A stretch of DNA of 64,000 bases from assembly GCA_963750165.1 (NCBI GenBank), contig CAVVPN010000001.1, positions 224,001-288,000 on the forward strand. Reading direction: 5' to 3'. A program made the position numbers and the translations under genes. The notes beneath the pieces were generated by a model. It worked only from the letters and a program-made list of their open reading frames with translations, did not search any database and was not told the origin of the DNA. This DNA is from an uncultured Gemmataceae bacterium. GTDB taxonomy: Bacteria; Planctomycetota; Planctomycetia; Gemmatales; Gemmataceae. The number at the start of each line of letters is the position of its first letter. Position 1 is the first letter of the stretch. Below, piece after piece: positions 53,153 through 64,000 of the stretch.

Positions 53153-53482
53153 TCAGCGCGGCCGGTCGCGTTCTTGCTCGATGGCGTCGATGGCCGCACG
53201 GACGCGCTGCTCGGTAAGAACCCAGCCTTCGTGCGGCAGGCCGCCGACCAGCCTGGCCTTGAGCCGCTGGTACACCTCCTGGGCCCGGTCGTCGTCGCCG
53301 AGTACGTCCGCGGCCAACGCCAGTGCCAGTTGGGCCGGCCCGCTTCCCGAGTAGGACCACTCGAACCCGGTCGGCGAATGGTTGCGCAAATCGTGACGCG
53401 GGTTGAGCAGGGTCACCTCGCCGTCCTCCTCGACATCGACGGCGCAGCCGTGGTCCGTTCGCCTTCCGTGGTACATCTTCAT
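53153..53482 (-). CDS. DUF6166-like protein
   Basis: LNPRHDLRNHSPTGFEWSYSGSGPAQLALALAAD. Confidence 0.8.
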   Translation of the reverse strand: MKMYHGRRTDHGCAVDVEEDGEVTLLNPRHDLRNHSPTGFEWSYSGSGPAQLALALAADVLGDDDRAQEVYQRLKARLVGGLPHEGWVLTEQRVRAAIDAIEQERDRPR

Positions 53483-53699
53483 TCGCAAACGATTGATCCG
53501 GCGGCGGTGTTCAGGACTGGTCTCGGTCCTTCGCTACCCTCCGCAAAGACTACCTCCTGTGGTTGCGGAAATCCGGTTTAGTACCGCAGCGGGAAATTGT
53601 AAAGCAAAAGTGTCACACCAATGATTGCGCCGCCGGAGATGCCGGATTAGCATGTCCGCGCATGAAGCTGACAACTTTGACGCGAATCCATGCCATCTC

Positions 53700-56600
53700 T
53701 CAAAACAGCGTGGCCTGATACGCCTTCTGCCTCTGGCCTGCCGCCACACGTTGCCGGTAATCAATGGACTCGTCTGGCAGGTCCTGCCCCTTGGCCAGGT
53801 CGGGCGCGGGACTCTCAGGCGGGGTGGGCTGTTCGGGGCTGGCCTGTGACGTGGCTGCGGGCAACGCGGTCGCCACCGGCGGTGAGGCGTCCGCACTCTC
53901 CTCGCTCGCGCTCCGGAGTGGCGGGTCGGGAGTGATCGCAGGCCCGGTTGCGGGGACTGCCTCGGTTCGGCGACGGATGCGCACCGTCACTGGCTCTTCG
54001 GCCGACGCGACCCGCTGGCCCGTCCGCTGGGGGGCGGCCTCGACCACATTCCCGGTTCGGAGTGACTTGATCCGCTCCGCCAGTTCGGCGACCGTTGGCC
54101 CTCCTTCCTGTTGCGCCCCGGACAGCCCCACCTTAAGCTGGTCACGCAGCGCGGCCAATTCGTCCAGGTACGCCTCGTGCAAAAACGGCTTGCCCAGCCG
54201 GGCCTGAAAATCCCGTAGCTGGTTCTCGGCCACTTCCAGTTCCTGGCGGGTGCGGTTGCAGACCATCTCATACCCATTGGCCAGCCGCTCCACGGCGTTC
54301 AATATGGCCTTCGGGCCGTGGTGGTCCCGCGATAAGCCGTCTTGCCGGATACCCGCTCCTTCCAGGTAGACTTCCGGTGCCCAATTCGGATGCAGGATGA
54401 TGCCGAACTGAAGGCCGCGATACAGGCCCAACGGGCAGCGCCGCGTCTGGCCGATCATCCTCGGCAAGGCATCCAGGCTTTCGCCCAAAGCCGCCAATAA
54501 CTCTTCCCGAAGGGGCTTGCGGTTGCCGATGGTGATGGGGTCGCGGGCGTGGGCCTCGGCGGTGGCCTTGTCCTCGGTGAGTGCGGCCCATCGTTTCTTC
54601 AACCGCTCGATGTCCTCGGGCAAGTTCTTCACGTTCCTGCGGGCCATGTATTGCTCGTCCATCCAGCTTTTCTTCACGATGGCCAGCCGTTGCAGTTCCG
54701 CATCGGCCTCGGCCAGCGTCAGCACCGCCGGGTTGCCGGAGGCAATGGCCTTCACCTCGGCGTAGGAAAGTTCCTGACCGCCGATGTCCTCGGCGCGGCG
54801 CAAACCGCTTTCCCCCTTCATGATCTGGTTGATGAATTTCGCCTTGGTTTCGAGGGCCTGCCACATGAACGAATCGAAAGACCCGGTGGTGACGTAGCGG
54901 TAGATCGCCACTTCCTTATTTTCGTTGCCCTGGCGAAGAATGCGGCCTTCGCGCTGTTCCACCTCGGCCGGCTTCCACGGGGCGTCGAGTTCGTGCAGGG
55001 CAATGAGTCGCTTCTGGACATTGGTGCCCATGCCCATTTTCTGGGTGCTGCCGAGCAAGACGCGGACCTGGCCGCTCCTGACCATCTCGAACAGCACCCG
55101 TTTTTTGGCGTCGGAATCGGCCTCACCGATGGTGGCGATCTGCTCCGGCGGGATGCCGCGGGCGGTCAGTTTCGCAACGATTTCGTCGTAGGCCGAATAG
55201 CCCCAGGCGGCGGTCGGATGCACGCCCATGTCGCAGAAAATCATTTGCGTGCCGCGTTTCGCCGCCGTGCGTTGCCAGATGGAAAAGACATTATCGATCA
55301 GGGCGTTCATCTTGGAATCCGGGTAATCGGGGGCGGCGGGGGACAGCATCCTGGCGTCGAGGGCCAGTTTGCGGCCGTCGGTGGTGATGGCCAGGGCGTT
55401 GTCTTCCCGGGGATCAACTTTCTGTGAACGCAGCCGTTCATAGCGGTTGACCAATTCATCCTGGATGGCGTGCTGCTCCTCGGACATCGGGCAGGCGATG
55501 ACGATAGGCTTGCCCGTTTCCAGCCGGGGCGTGGGCAGGTTGAGCATGTCCGCCGTCTGCACGTCGCTGAACTTGCGGAACATCTGCTGAAGCTCCGGGA
55601 GGTTCTGGAAACGGGCAAAGCGGCTGCGCGGCTTCAGGGTTTTCCCGTCCGGGCTGATCTCCATCGACTCCACCACTTCCCCGAAGGTGGCGGCCCAGCC
55701 GTCGAAATGCTCGATGCCGCGGCTCCGCAGCCCTTCGGGGTCGAGAAAGCGTTGGAGGGTGTACATTTCCACGAGGGTATTGCTGATGGGCGTGCCGGTG
55801 GCGAAGGTGATGCCGTGGCCGGGGTGCTGTTGATGCAGGTAGCGGGCCTTCATGTACAAATCGAACGCCCGCTCGCTACCGCCGGTCTGGATGCCGGCGA
55901 CGCGCTCCATCTTGGTCGGCGTCTCCAGGTTCTTGAAGGACATGGCCGATTCATCGACGAAGATATGGTCCACCGCCAGTTCGTCAAATACCAGCCCGTC
56001 GTCCTTCTTGTCCTCGGCCAGCAGGTCTTTCAGCTTTTCCTCCCGCGCGGCCTTCTGCTTCTCGATGGTCTTGATGAGATTACGATTGGAACCCTTGGTG
56101 CCGGCGTGTTCCAGCAAGAGGTCGTTGTATTCCTCGATCTGCTCGCGGAGGAATTGCTCCTGGTATTTCCGCGACATGCCGATGCGCTCAAAACTGCTGT
56201 GCGTCACGATGATGGCATCCCAGTCGCCGGTGGCAATCTTAGCGGTCAGGTGCTTGCGGCGTTCCTTGGTGAAATCCTCCTTGGAGGCCACCAGCAATTT
56301 GGCATTGGGATAGAGATGCTGAAACTCCCGGGCGAATTGCTCCAGGAGGTGGTTGGCCACGGCGATGATCGGCTTTTTGATGAGCCCGGCTTGCTTCATT
56401 TTCATGGCCGCGGCCGCCATTGAATAGGTCTTGCCGGCCCCGACGCAATGGGCCAGCAGCGTGTTGCCGCCGCTCATGCAGCGCCAGATGGCGTCCTTCT
56501 GGTGCTGCCGCAACTGAATGGTCTGGTTCATCCCGGGGAAATCGAGGTGCGAGCCGTCGAACAGCCGGGGCCGCAAGTTATTATAAAGATCGTTATAGGT

Positions 56601-58882
56601 GCGAACCAGCCGCTCGGTTCTCTCTGGATCGGCGAACACCCAGGAGCGGAATTTCTCCTTGATGAGCTTCTGTTTCTCCTTGGCGGCGAGGGTCTGCTCC
56701 TGGTTGACCACGCGCTTGTCGGGGTCATCGGGATCGGGGTCGTAAATCGTCGGCGTCTTCAGGTTGAGCGCCAGTTCCAAAAGCCAGGTGCCGTTGGCCC
56801 GCTGCGTGCCGTAATCGGCAGTCGCGGCAACGGAACGGCTCGCGGCATAATCGGGGATGACGGCCCATACGGCGTCTTTCTCCAGGTGCTCGATCTGCAC
56901 GGAATTCGGCTCGGTCTGGAACAGGTGAGCGGCGAACGCCTGGATGTCGGAAGGCGGTATCCACGGCGCGCCGAGGTTGGCGTCGATGTCGCCGGGCAGC
57001 ACGTCCTCGGGCTGGACAGCCCGGAGTTTGTCGGCGTTCCTGACGTAGTCCGGCCCCGCTTTCTCAGCGGCGGCGAGTTTCGCCCGCACGTTGCCGGACA
57101 GGTATTCGTCGGCCGTCTGCCAGGTCTTGGACTCGGGATCGCGGTACATCAGGTCGCCCAATTCGGCGATGATCTTTTCCTCGGGCCGGCCGTACAATTC
57201 AGCGATCAAGGGCAAATCAACCATGCCGCGCTGGTTGAGGGAGACGAGCAGCCCTTCCTCGGCGTTCCTTACCGACGTGATGGGCGGTTTCTTGCCCACC
57301 ACGTCCTTCTGCATGATGGCCGCTTTCGCGGCTTTGCCGGTCGCCTCGTCGTACTCTTCGAGCGACATAACCAGCATGGCGTCGGGGTCTTCGCGGAACT
57401 TGACCAGGTTGGGCATACGCCGAATCAGGCTGCCGTCCTTGGTCTCGCCAAAGGTGGTCTTGTTGATCGGGCCGTAGGCGAGGGCGAAGCGGTCGTAAGC
57501 CCAGTTCAGTTCCCTGCGGGCCTCCACGCGCAGGGGCTCGGGCCAGCCTTCATTCTGGGATTGCAGCACGCGGCGGGCGCGGTCACGCAGGCCGACCAGG
57601 GCGGCCAGGCGCTTGCCGGTCATGTTGCCGTAGCCCGTCAAGGTACTGCCGCCGTAATGGACGGGGGTCGATTGCCCGTCCAGGATTTGGTAAAGACCGC
57701 GGTTTTCGCCTACGAAAAAACTGCCTTCGCTGAGGTGCGGCTGGGGTGGCGGCGGCGTAAAGGGTAATGCCGGCGGTTCCTGCGCGGACAGTGCAAGCAC
57801 AGGAGCCGATTCCGGCAAATGGCGGATGGCGTCTCGAAGCTGCTCGGCCAGGTTGCCGTTGGAAAGAACGCTGTACCCTTCCGTTCCATAGAGCGTGTCC
57901 TTGCGGCTCCAGTGGCCCAGGACCATCTGCGGGTGGTGCAGAAAGTAGTTATTGATGGACACCTCGGCCCCGTCGATGGCCAGCGGGGCAACGCCCAGCC
58001 AGTCGGGGTCGGCGTGCTGTGCTGGCTCGCCGGCGGCACGCTTGCGCAGGAACACGATGTCGGTGACAACGGCCGTGCCTTCGCGTTTGAAGGCGTCGGA
58101 GGGGAGGCGGATCGCCCCGAGGAAATCGGCCCGCTCGGCAAGGTACTCGCGGATCGCGCCGTTTTGTTTGTCCAGGGTGAAATGGCTGGTGACCAGGGCG
58201 AGGACGCCACCGGGTTTCAGGGCATCTACGGATTTAGCGAAGAAATAATCGTGGAGGGAAAACCGCTGGCCGTGGTGGTCGAGCTTCACGTCGGCGAAGG
58301 GGACGTTGCCGATCACGGCGTCGATCCCCGGCAATTTGCTATCGCGGAAATTCTCGATGCGGATGTCCTGGCCGGGGTGCAGCGCCCGGGCGATGCGCCC
58401 CGAAATGCTGTCCAGTTCGACACCGATAAAACGCATGTCTTTTGGGGCAAGATAGATAAACCGACCAGGACCACATCCAGGCTCCAACACCAGGGCATGG
58501 TTGGGCACGCCTAACCGGCTCAGCCCCTCGTACATGGCCTTGATTACGGTCGATGAGGTGTAAAACGCATTGAAGGTGGTGCGCTTGGCACTGGCGTATT
58601 CTTCGGGGGTAAGCAGCGTTTTGAGTTCCTCGCCCAGCGCTTGCCAGCCGTCCTTGTAGCGGCCGGTGACGGGATCGGGGAAGATCGAGAGGGCGACGGG
58701 ACCGAAGCCCCCGAACCGGGCGAGCATTGCCGCTCCTCCGGGGTGGCGGGCCGTTGGTCGCGCTCGATGCTTTTCAAAGTGCGGATGGCAGCCAGGATGT
58801 CCTGGGCTTTTGTCTTTTCCCCTCCGGAAAGGGGAATGAGCGGGTGCGAAGGTAAATCCAAGGTCAATTGGGCGGCTTGCAT
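53700..58882 (-). pseudogene. DarB-like methyltransferase/SNF2 helicase, copy 2; 1-nt frameshift near 58727
   Basis: AGGAG RBS with MQAAQLTLDL...GGEKTKAQDILAAIR in one frame, continuing as MLARFGGFGPVAL in another; LEPGCGPG, NVPF, AHCVGAGKT, VDES and EQREGRILRQGN. Confidence 0.85.
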
Positions 58883-59144
58883 GGGCTGATCTCCTGAGGT
58901 TTCCGGCCCCAAGAACGGGGCCTGACGGCACTCAGGAGCATCGGCCGGCCGGGCGCAGCGCACGGCTCAAGCGGAATTACGGAGGGGCCTTCAGGAGGAA
59001 CCGTCATTCTGCTTGAACCGACCGGCGGGCCGATTACAGTGCCGTCGCTCAAGGCCACGGTTGGGGCTGGCGGAGGAGCCGGGGCAGCATCGGCCTGGTC
59101 GATGATTTGGTAAAGCGGGTTGAGCGGCTGGTCGCGAAATGCTC

Positions 59145-59462
59145 TTACGCGGGCGGCGTGTGACGATGGAGGAACGCCATCGCCGCTTCGAGGGAAATCG
59201 GGTCGTCGTCGTCCGGCGGCGAAACGGGTGGCAAACAATCCACCAGTTCCTGGACCGCGTATTCCATCGCTTCGCTGGCGATCTGGCTCGGGTCGCTGCC
59301 CGGCTGCGCCTGGGATAGCTGCTCCTTCCAGGCTTCGTGGCGCGTCTTCAGTTCGACGGCGTAACGCTTCATCGTCGGCAGCAGTAGACGATTCCTCTTC
59401 AGCTGGTCGTGCATCTGCGGCCGCTCTTTCAGGAGTTCGAGAACGATCGTCTGGTAGTGCAT
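59145..59462 (-). CDS. 105-aa helical protein, paralogue of 8643..8960
   Basis: GAAGGAG RBS; same length and same position relative to the DarB-like gene as copy 1. Confidence 0.82.
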   Translation of the reverse strand: MHYQTIVLELLKERPQMHDQLKRNRLLLPTMKRYAVELKTRHEAWKEQLSQAQPGSDPSQIASEAMEYAVQELVDCLPPVSPPDDDDPISLEAAMAFLHRHTPPA

Positions 59463-59583
59463 GGCGGTCTCCTTCGGGGGGTGAGGGAACAGGGTTCTGG
59501 TGTTGAGGGCTTTCTGCAGCATCGGGCGATTCTTCCGGGAAGAGAGACAGCCAGGAAGACGGATTGCGGGCCATGGCGGGCGC

Positions 59584-59955
59584 CTAGCGGGAGCGGGCCT
59601 GGTCGTGATGGCCGGAGTGGTGACGGCCCCAGGCGTCGTTGTCGTCGCTGACCGAGACCGGCGGGCGGTTGCCGCGGTGCGGCGGCGAGCCTTTTCCCGC
59701 GTCACGGCCGGACGCATGGCCTTCGGGGTGCTCCTGGTGCCGGTGAAACAGCGCCTTCCAGAGCGTGACGGCGGCCAGTGCCCCGCTGAGGACGGCGGTG
59801 CCGATGAGGGTTATGTCCGCCACTGTCTTGAAGACGACCCGCGCCTTGCCGGGGGCCCGGTTTGCTTGCTGGGCCAGGTCCTGGGCGGCGTCGCGCACCT
59901 GCGCCAGTTCCTGCGGGCCGGGAGGCCGGTGAACGCGGCGTGACCAGTCGCTCAT
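59584..59955 (-). CDS. Small single-pass membrane protein
   Basis: Hydrophobic segment ITLIGTAVLSGALAAVTLW followed by a His-rich tail. Confidence 0.6.
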   Translation of the reverse strand: MSDWSRRVHRPPGPQELAQVRDAAQDLAQQANRAPGKARVVFKTVADITLIGTAVLSGALAAVTLWKALFHRHQEHPEGHASGRDAGKGSPPHRGNRPPVSVSDDNDAWGRHHSGHHDQARSR

Positions 59956-60106
59956 ATGCGAACAAGCCTACGGCCCATGGGTTACCTCCACAAGAAAGGT
60001 TCGTGCGAAGCTATAGACTCTTTGGTGCGAGAAGTAAACGAAGAGTTGCAAAAATATGTGTGGCAGCAACTTGCGCCTGGGAAGAACACGGGACGTTAGA
60101 GGGCGA

Positions 60107-61126
60107 TTAGCAGGCCGGGCGAGCCTCGGGGAAAGGCTCTTCCAACCGGATCGAGATGCGCTCGACGATGTTGCGGGCGACGCGCTTCTGCCGGCGGTCG
60201 TATAAGCGTGTCGTGCGGGGGTCGCTGTGCCCGGCGAGATGCTGAACTTCCTCCAGGGGCACGCCCTGCGTCAAGAGGTCGGTGACGGTGAACACGCGGA
60301 AGGAGTGCGGGGAGAGGCGGGTGGGGAGGCCAGCGTCCTTCAGGCGCCGCTTGACCAGGCGGCAGACATCTACGCCGGTCAGGGGATTGGCGGTCAATTG
60401 GCCGGTCCTGCGGACAGCGGTGCGGAAAAGCGGCGTATCTCCAGGTGAGCCTGCAAGCTGGGCGGCCTTGATGTATTCGAGGACGATGCACTGAAGATCA
60501 TGCCGCACCGGAATTTCCCTCGATTTTCCGCCCTTTTCGTCGAAACGCAGCGTGTATTGGGCGCCATCGTAGGCGAAGTGCTTGAGGCGGAGCTTGGCGA
60601 CCGCCCCGGCGCGGGCGGCCGTGAAGACCAGGACCGCGATGATCGCCCGGTCGCGCAGGCCGACGACGCGGCTGGTGTCAATGGACTGAATCAGCCGCGT
60701 GGCTTGCTGGAGGGTGATCTCGGGCGTCTTGCCCTCGATGACTTCGTACTTCTCGCCGCGAACGCAGGCGGCGGGGTTAATAACCATGAGATGGCGGGTA
60801 ACGAACAGGTTGAACAAGGCACGCAGGGCCGACAGCGCCAGCTTGCGGGTGGGTGGGCTTTTGCCATGCTGGTCGAAATAATCTCCGACCAAGGCCGGGG
60901 TGATTTGCTGAAGGAGAATGTCCTTCGGCAGCCATTGGAAAAACTTGCGGACGGCCCGGCAATAGGCGGCGCGGGTGTGGGGGTTTCGCAGCGTCGCCGA
61001 GAAGAAATCCTGCCAGGCGTGGCGGGCGGGGTTGCCCGCGGCCTCGACGATGGCGGGGAGTACGGATGTGGCAGGTACTCGTGCGGGAGTTACGGGAAGA
61101 GTGACGAGGGCACGGTTGTCGGTCAT
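60107..61126 (-). CDS. XerC/D-like tyrosine recombinase (resolvase/integrase)
   Basis: NPHTRAAY, LRDRA, TAAR, EKGGK, SPHSFR and AGHSDPRTTRLY. Confidence 0.92.
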   Translation of the reverse strand: MTDNRALVTLPVTPARVPATSVLPAIVEAAGNPARHAWQDFFSATLRNPHTRAAYCRAVRKFFQWLPKDILLQQITPALVGDYFDQHGKSPPTRKLALSALRALFNLFVTRHLMVINPAACVRGEKYEVIEGKTPEITLQQATRLIQSIDTSRVVGLRDRAIIAVLVFTAARAGAVAKLRLKHFAYDGAQYTLRFDEKGGKSREIPVRHDLQCIVLEYIKAAQLAGSPGDTPLFRTAVRRTGQLTANPLTGVDVCRLVKRRLKDAGLPTRLSPHSFRVFTVTDLLTQGVPLEEVQHLAGHSDPRTTRLYDRRQKRVARNIVERISIRLEEPFPEARPAC

Positions 61127-61277
61127 GGCGGGGCTTTCAAGAATTCTTCCGGATTTTCAACAAGCTGTAAAGCCTGCGGCACAAATGTCAACGGCGGAAT
61201 GCGTTAATCAGTTGTTAAGCTGACTGCGCTATACTGGTGGTTCAATTCGGCAATCATAACCTCCTTTATCTGGCCTT

Positions 61278-64000
61278 ATGCGCCCAGGCTATTCCGTCGC
61301 CGTTCATAAGAGAGGCTTCACCCTCATCCAGATGTCGATTTTGCTGACCGTGGCGGCGCTCGTCATGGTGTCAGTCCTGCCGGGCCGCGAGGCAGGGGAT
61401 GTCAATCAGAAGACCGTGACCAATATTTACAAGTTGCAGAAGGTCGAGGCAGCGATGCGCGGCTTCATGGCCTTCAACGGACGCAGGCCCTGCCCGGCCG
61501 ACGGGCAGTATGACATCAACGACCATAAATTCGGGCTGGAGGCCGATACTCCCGGCAACTGCACGGACGGAGCGGGCGCCAACGGCATTATCGCGCCGAT
61601 GGGGCCGGACGCGGGGACAAGCCATATCGTCGGCGGCACGATCCCGACCAAGAGCCTGGGCCTTCCCGACGACTACGCCTTCGATGAATACGGCAGGCGC
61701 TTCACCTATGTGGTGGACCAGCGGGCGACAAAGAAAGCATCCTGCGCCGCCCTGGAGGGCATCAGCCTGACCAACACCACCCCCACCGGCACCGGGGGCA
61801 TCAAGATCGAAAGCGCCACCGGTATCACTCCAGAGATAGACGATGTGATGTACGCCTATATCAGCCACGGGCCCAGCGGCCACGGGGCGTTCCCTCCGCA
61901 GGGCTCGGGAGTGGGCGGACGCATCAATAACGGCAGCACCGACCAGGACAAGAATACCAACGCCGGAGCCTCCAACGACGGCAACATGACCTACAGCACC
62001 GCCAATTTCACCAACGTCAAAATCAAAAAAGATAAGACATCGACCTTCGACGACCTGGTCTATTACCGCAGCGACATCAAGAACACCTGCTGCCTCGGCC
62101 CCCAGTGCATTCCCATCGGCTTTAGGATCGACGGGCAGTATGCCGGTACCCAGCTGGGGAATCAGACATGGGTGGGTGGGGGGATATTGTTCGCCGACAT
62201 CAACGGCGACGGCATCCCCGACCTGGTTATCTCCGGCTATAATGCTTACACCGGACATTACGGCGTTTACGTCGTGTTCGGCCAGCACAGTAATTATGTC
62301 TGGCCCGACCCGCTCAACGTTTCGACGCTCGACGGCACCAACGGTTTTTATGCCGATGGCGTCGATTCTTGGGGTACCAATTGGCCCATGCCGATGACGA
62401 CGATGGATTTCAACGGCGACGGCATCGCCGACCTGGTGTTGAGCAATCTCAGTGCCGGAACCTACATACTGTTCGGCCAGGCGACGCCCTTTCCTGCCAC
62501 GTTCAGCCTGAACACACTCAGCGACGTGACCAACCCGAAGGGAATGACCATCAGCGGCGTCGCCAATAACAATTCGGGTGGCCTGATCGCCGTGGGTGAC
62601 ATCAACGGCGACGGCATCGACGATTTAGTAATTTCAAATACGAATCAGGCCGGGGCTGATTATCAGCGCGGCCAGGCCTATGTCATTTTCGGTATGCACA
62701 ACCCCCCGGCTACTTTCTCGCTCTATTCGCTTTTTCCCGGTTTTACCCCGCCCGCCAACAGCTACGCCACCTTTACCACGGTTCCGTTCACCGTGACGGC
62801 CGGTTCCCATACCATAAGCTTCATCCAATACGCTTTTCTTTATTCAAATTCCTATATCGATAATGTAGTGATCAACGGCAGCGCCACGCAATTCACCGAT
62901 CCGGGGTTCGAGACGCCGGCGCAGGGAAACGGCAATGCCACTAACTGCCCCGTCGCCGGGTCGGCCTGGACATTCTCTCCTTGTGACGGAGGTAGTTACT
63001 CTGGAGGGTTGATAGGCAACGGAGGAGTCTGGTGGTCAGGAGGGATTCCCAATGCGCCGGAAGGCAATCAGGCGGCTTTTCTTATCGACGGCAACATCGT
63101 CAGCCAGGCTGTCACCCTGGCTGCAGGCACATACACCGTTTCCTTCGACGCTCTCGCCCCGTCGGGCGGCACCATCGCCGTGAGCGTGGACGGGCAGATT
63201 CTCAATAACACCAACGGCAATCTCGGCTTCATCCTGGAAGGCAGTCTTTTCCGCGGCGGCCTGGCGCGGGCGGGACCATGGGCGATTTCAACGGCGACGG
63301 AATCAAAGATCTGCTGGTCACGGCAAACAATCCTCCAGGCGGCGCCAATGCGGGGGGAGGAGCCTATATCGTGTGGGGGCATCCTCCCGGCTATAGCTGG
63401 CCCGCTTATCTCTATAGCGAATCCCTTGTCTCCACCGGCACGCTGGCTACTTCCACCGGCGTTTCGCTTAACGGTAACGACATAAGAGGTGCACAACCCT
63501 ACGGGGGGCTTGCCTTTGATTTCAACGACGACGGCATCAGCGATGCCTTTGTATGGGACCCCAATTCGGGTTGCAGCGGCGGCGGTGGGGGGCCTGCCAG
63601 CTTTTTGCTCCTCTACGGCAAATCCATGGCTTCCTGGAATTCCAACTCGGTCAATGTCGATCCGGCATCTTTCAACGGAACGAACGGATCGTATTTCGGT
63701 TGCAGTTTCGGGATCGGGGTCGCCTTCAACGGCGACGCCGCCGCCGCCGATGTCAATGGCGACGGCAAGAAGGACTTCGTTACAGGGCTGAGTTGGTTGG
63801 GTGGGGTGAATGGCGTATCGGTGTATTACAACCAGAATGGCGGAACCTGGCCGGCAGATTCCGATCCTCTCTCGGAGATCAACGGCACCAATGGGTATAT
63901 CTTCAACGCAGGCATTCCCGTATACACTATTTATGATTGGAGTTATATTCCAGGATTTGCCACAGGAGACATCAACCACGATAGCAAAGCCGACGTTGCG
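61278..64000 (+). CDS. Large prepilin-like protein with FG-GAP/integrin-like repeats; one frameshift at ~63245-63275; runs off the window
   Basis: KRG|FTLIQM plus a hydrophobic helix; RRPCPADG; repeated D(I/F/V)NGDG..D(L/F) motifs that continue in the shifted frame from ATG 63278 to the window end. Confidence 0.8.

Overview
The window is entirely accessory DNA: a GC-rich composite of plasmid/ICE-like modules, probably from a Planctomycete (inferred from the gene families, not proven). Left to right: (1) a translationally coupled operon of small ORFs behind a long hairpin. (2) An unusual three-gene module of an ExeA-like AAA+ ATPase, a ribbon-helix-helix (RHH) protein and a lambda-O-like initiator, with centromere-like repeats and intragenic iterons. 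This is the best candidate for an undescribed system: a partition/replication cassette with an AAA+ ATPase in the ParA position. (3) A DarB-like methyltransferase-helicase, a truncated IS630, an IS3 and a tyrosine integrase. (4) A ~22 kb defence island: complete type II CBASS (capV, CD-NTase, cap2, cap3), a PHP-ATPase (Ppl/TrlF-like) and a SNF2 helicase/YhcG/DUF1156/HEPN-DUF499 BREX-related operon whose methylase is disrupted by an IS3. (5) A plasmid backbone: DnaA box, seven iterons, RPA-type repA, parA/RHH, large ParB, MOBF relaxase, a second DarB-like gene and a tyrosine recombinase. (6) The start of a large prepilin-like FG-GAP protein. No rRNA, tRNA or CRISPR array was seen. Several 1-2 nt frameshifts fall in simple repeats and may be assembly errors. 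All family calls come from motif recognition by eye; no searches were run.
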